This document shows, in pieces, positions 62,892 through 64,000 of a stretch of 64,000 nucleotides of DNA (position 1 is its first letter; every line of letters starts with the position of its first letter). The position numbers and the translations under genes are program-made. This stretch comes from Gemmatimonadota bacterium (lineage in GTDB: Bacteria > Gemmatimonadota > Gemmatimonadetes > JACCXV01), in contig DATBJW010000008.1 in the NCBI GenBank assembly GCA_036556205.1, positions 1,977 to 65,976 of the forward strand, in the 5' to 3' direction. The notes beneath the pieces are model-generated. The model searched no databases, was not told where the DNA came from, and was given only the letters and a program-made list of their open reading frames with translations.

Positions 62892-63548
62892 ATGCGAGAA
62901 CTCCTGCTCATGCTCGCGCTCGCCATCACGACCCCGCCGCCCGCGGCCACGAACCGGGCGTCCCAGGACGCCGCCGAGATCCTGGCCAGGGCGTCCGAGC
63001 GCCATCGTAGCCTCGCGTCGCTCCAGGTCTCGTTCACGCAGCGCATCCGGAACCCGGTGCTCGAGACGGACGAGACGAGCAGCGGTGTCTTCTACTACCG
63101 GGCTCCGCTGGCCTACCGCATCGCCTTTACCCGGCCGGCGGGGGACGTGGTAATCTCGACGGGTCGGGACGTCTGGATCTACCTCCCCTCGAGCCAGCCC
63201 GGTCAGGTCATCAAGTCGCCGGTCACGCCGGCGAGCAAGGGGTTCGCCCCGTATCAGTTCATCTTCGACTTCCGCGACCAGTACGAGCCGGCGCTGGTCG
63301 GGAAGGAGCCCGTCGAGCGCGAGCCCGCCTACCACCTGATCTTGACGCCCCTCTCGGACGCTGCCGAGTACGCCCGCGCCGAGCTCTGGATCGACGAGCG
63401 GAGCTGGCTCACGCGCCGCATGGAGGTCGAAGACCGCCAGGGCGTCGTCCGGAGCTTCACGCTCTCGGGCCACAAGCTGGATCCGGCCCTGGACCCCACC
63501 CTCTTCAGCTTCACGCCAGCGCGCGGCGTCGAGGTCTTCGAGCAGTAG
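62892..63548 (+). CDS. lolA: LolA-like outer-membrane lipoprotein carrier protein
   Basis: It has a signal peptide, and the layout SLQVSFTQ..SGVFYYRAP..RIAF....V.STGRDVWIY.P is typical of LolA-fold proteins. The location downstream of ftsK matches a known synteny. Confidence 0.7.
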   Translation: MRELLLMLALAITTPPPAATNRASQDAAEILARASERHRSLASLQVSFTQRIRNPVLETDETSSGVFYYRAPLAYRIAFTRPAGDVVISTGRDVWIYLPSSQPGQVIKSPVTPASKGFAPYQFIFDFRDQYEPALVGKEPVEREPAYHLILTPLSDAAEYARAELWIDERSWLTRRMEVEDRQGVVRSFTLSGHKLDPALDPTLFSFTPARGVEVFEQ

Positions 63549-63588
63549 TCGCAGCCCTCGCGCCCACGCCGCTCCTGCCGCCGGTCCC

Positions 63589-63617
63589 TTGACCGGCGCC
63601 GGTCGCCGCCTTAAGCT
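63589..63617 (+). promoter_or_regulatory. Sigma-70-like promoter upstream of the epimerase gene
   Basis: TTGACC (63589-63594), a 17-nt spacer, then TAAGCT (63612-63617). An unusually AT-rich leader follows, with AGGAGA (63655-63660) 6 nt upstream of GTG 63667. Confidence 0.5.
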
Positions 63618-63666
63618 ATCAAGTTGTTGTAGAAGTTGGGCTTACGTTAATCTCAGGAGAGATCGC

Positions 63667-64000
63667 GTGCGGATTCTCTTGACCGGCGGGGCGGGCTTTA
63701 TCGGATCGCACGTCGGCGAGGCCCTGCTGGGGCGCGGCGACGAGGTCGTGGCACTGGACAACTTCGACCCCTACTACGCGCGCGCCCGCAAGGAAGCCAA
63801 CGTGCGGGACTCCCGGCGACGGGAGGGCTACCGGCTGGTCGAGGGCGACTTCAGAGACGGCGACCTGCTGCGCGCGCTCTTCGCCGAGGCGCGCCCCGAC
63901 GCGGTCGTCCACCTGGGGGCCAAGGCCGGAGTCCGGCCCTCCGTGGAAGATCCGGCCGGCTACGCGTCCGTGAACGTGGCGGGGACAGTCCAGGTCCTCG
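63667..64000 (+). CDS. NAD-dependent nucleotide-sugar epimerase/dehydratase (3' end outside window)
   Basis: The Rossmann motif is (M)RILLTGGAGFIGSH. DNFDPYY resembles UDP-glucuronate/UDP-glucose 4-epimerase-type SDRs. The ORF runs off the window. Confidence 0.85.
   Translation, partial: MRILLTGGAGFIGSHVGEALLGRGDEVVALDNFDPYYARARKEANVRDSRRREGYRLVEGDFRDGDLLRALFAEARPDAVVHLGAKAGVRPSVEDPAGYASVNVAGTVQVL

Noticed and set aside
1-64000. CRISPR arrays, tRNA/rRNA/tmRNA/RNase P/SRP RNA genes, transposases, integrases, prophage or defence-system genes (restriction-modification, toxin-antitoxin, nuclease-helicase cassettes).
   Set aside because: I saw no regularly spaced 25-40-nt repeats, no cloverleaf-like or rRNA-like conserved stretches in the few intergenic gaps, and no ORF with recombinase, nuclease or defence hallmarks. 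The only repeat noticed is the two-copy 27-mer at 16460/16546. This was a by-eye scan; tRNAscan and Infernal should confirm it.

Overview
Very GC-rich bacterial chromosomal segment (G+C judged by eye, not computed). It comes from a diderm organism: it encodes an Omp85-type barrel, LolA, PpiD, SecDF, TatA and outer-membrane barrels. The lineage cannot be fixed from sequence alone. I support about 57 protein-coding genes, and all but three (a PQQ-propeller protein, mazG, ppiD) are on the + strand. Genes are tightly packed, with many 1-, 4-, 7-, 8- and 11-nt start/stop overlaps. Because of the GC content, every real gene is shadowed by long Arg/Ala/Gly/Pro-rich ORFs in other frames; these are artefacts, and several track ORFs also carry false N-terminal extensions. 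I re-derived starts where an in-frame ATG/GTG matched the expected protein N-terminus.

The backbone is housekeeping: rpsB-tsf-pyrH-frr-uppS-cdsA-dxr-rseP, asnS, mazG, alr-cdd, uppP, secDF, fhs, hutU/hutI, tatA, aroB/aroQ, efp-accB-accC, ftsK and lolA. I recognised no rRNA, tRNA, CRISPR array, transposase, integrase or phage gene.

The most interesting loci are:
1. 48.7-50.4 kb: an ECF sigma factor whose overlapping partner has no membrane segment. It fuses a zinc anti-sigma (HxxxCxxC) domain to a complete O6-alkylguanine alkyltransferase (PCHR) and a C-terminal Ada-type Cys4 zinc domain. This may be an alkylation-sensing sigma/anti-sigma switch.
2. 40.0-42.7 kb: an orphan soxY-soxZ pair coupled to a secreted metallo-beta-lactamase-fold::tandem-rhodanese fusion. 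It sits inside a co-directional fhs / hutU / NAD-formate dehydrogenase / hutI block.
3. 10.8-13.8 kb: a 977-aa outer-membrane protein with an HExxH peptidase domain and TolB-like PD40 repeats where POTRA domains would normally sit, followed by an Omp85 barrel. It is coupled to a YbgC-like thioesterase and faces a BamB-like propeller.
4. 19.2-21.7 kb: a tandem-domain lipoprotein plus beta-barrel pair inside a cell-envelope operon.

Several conserved gene pairs are each interrupted by an accessory gene: accB|pilT|accC, ftsK|GT4|lolA, aroB|TPR|aroQ and hutU|10 kb|hutI. All functional calls rest on motif recognition by eye; no database search was run.
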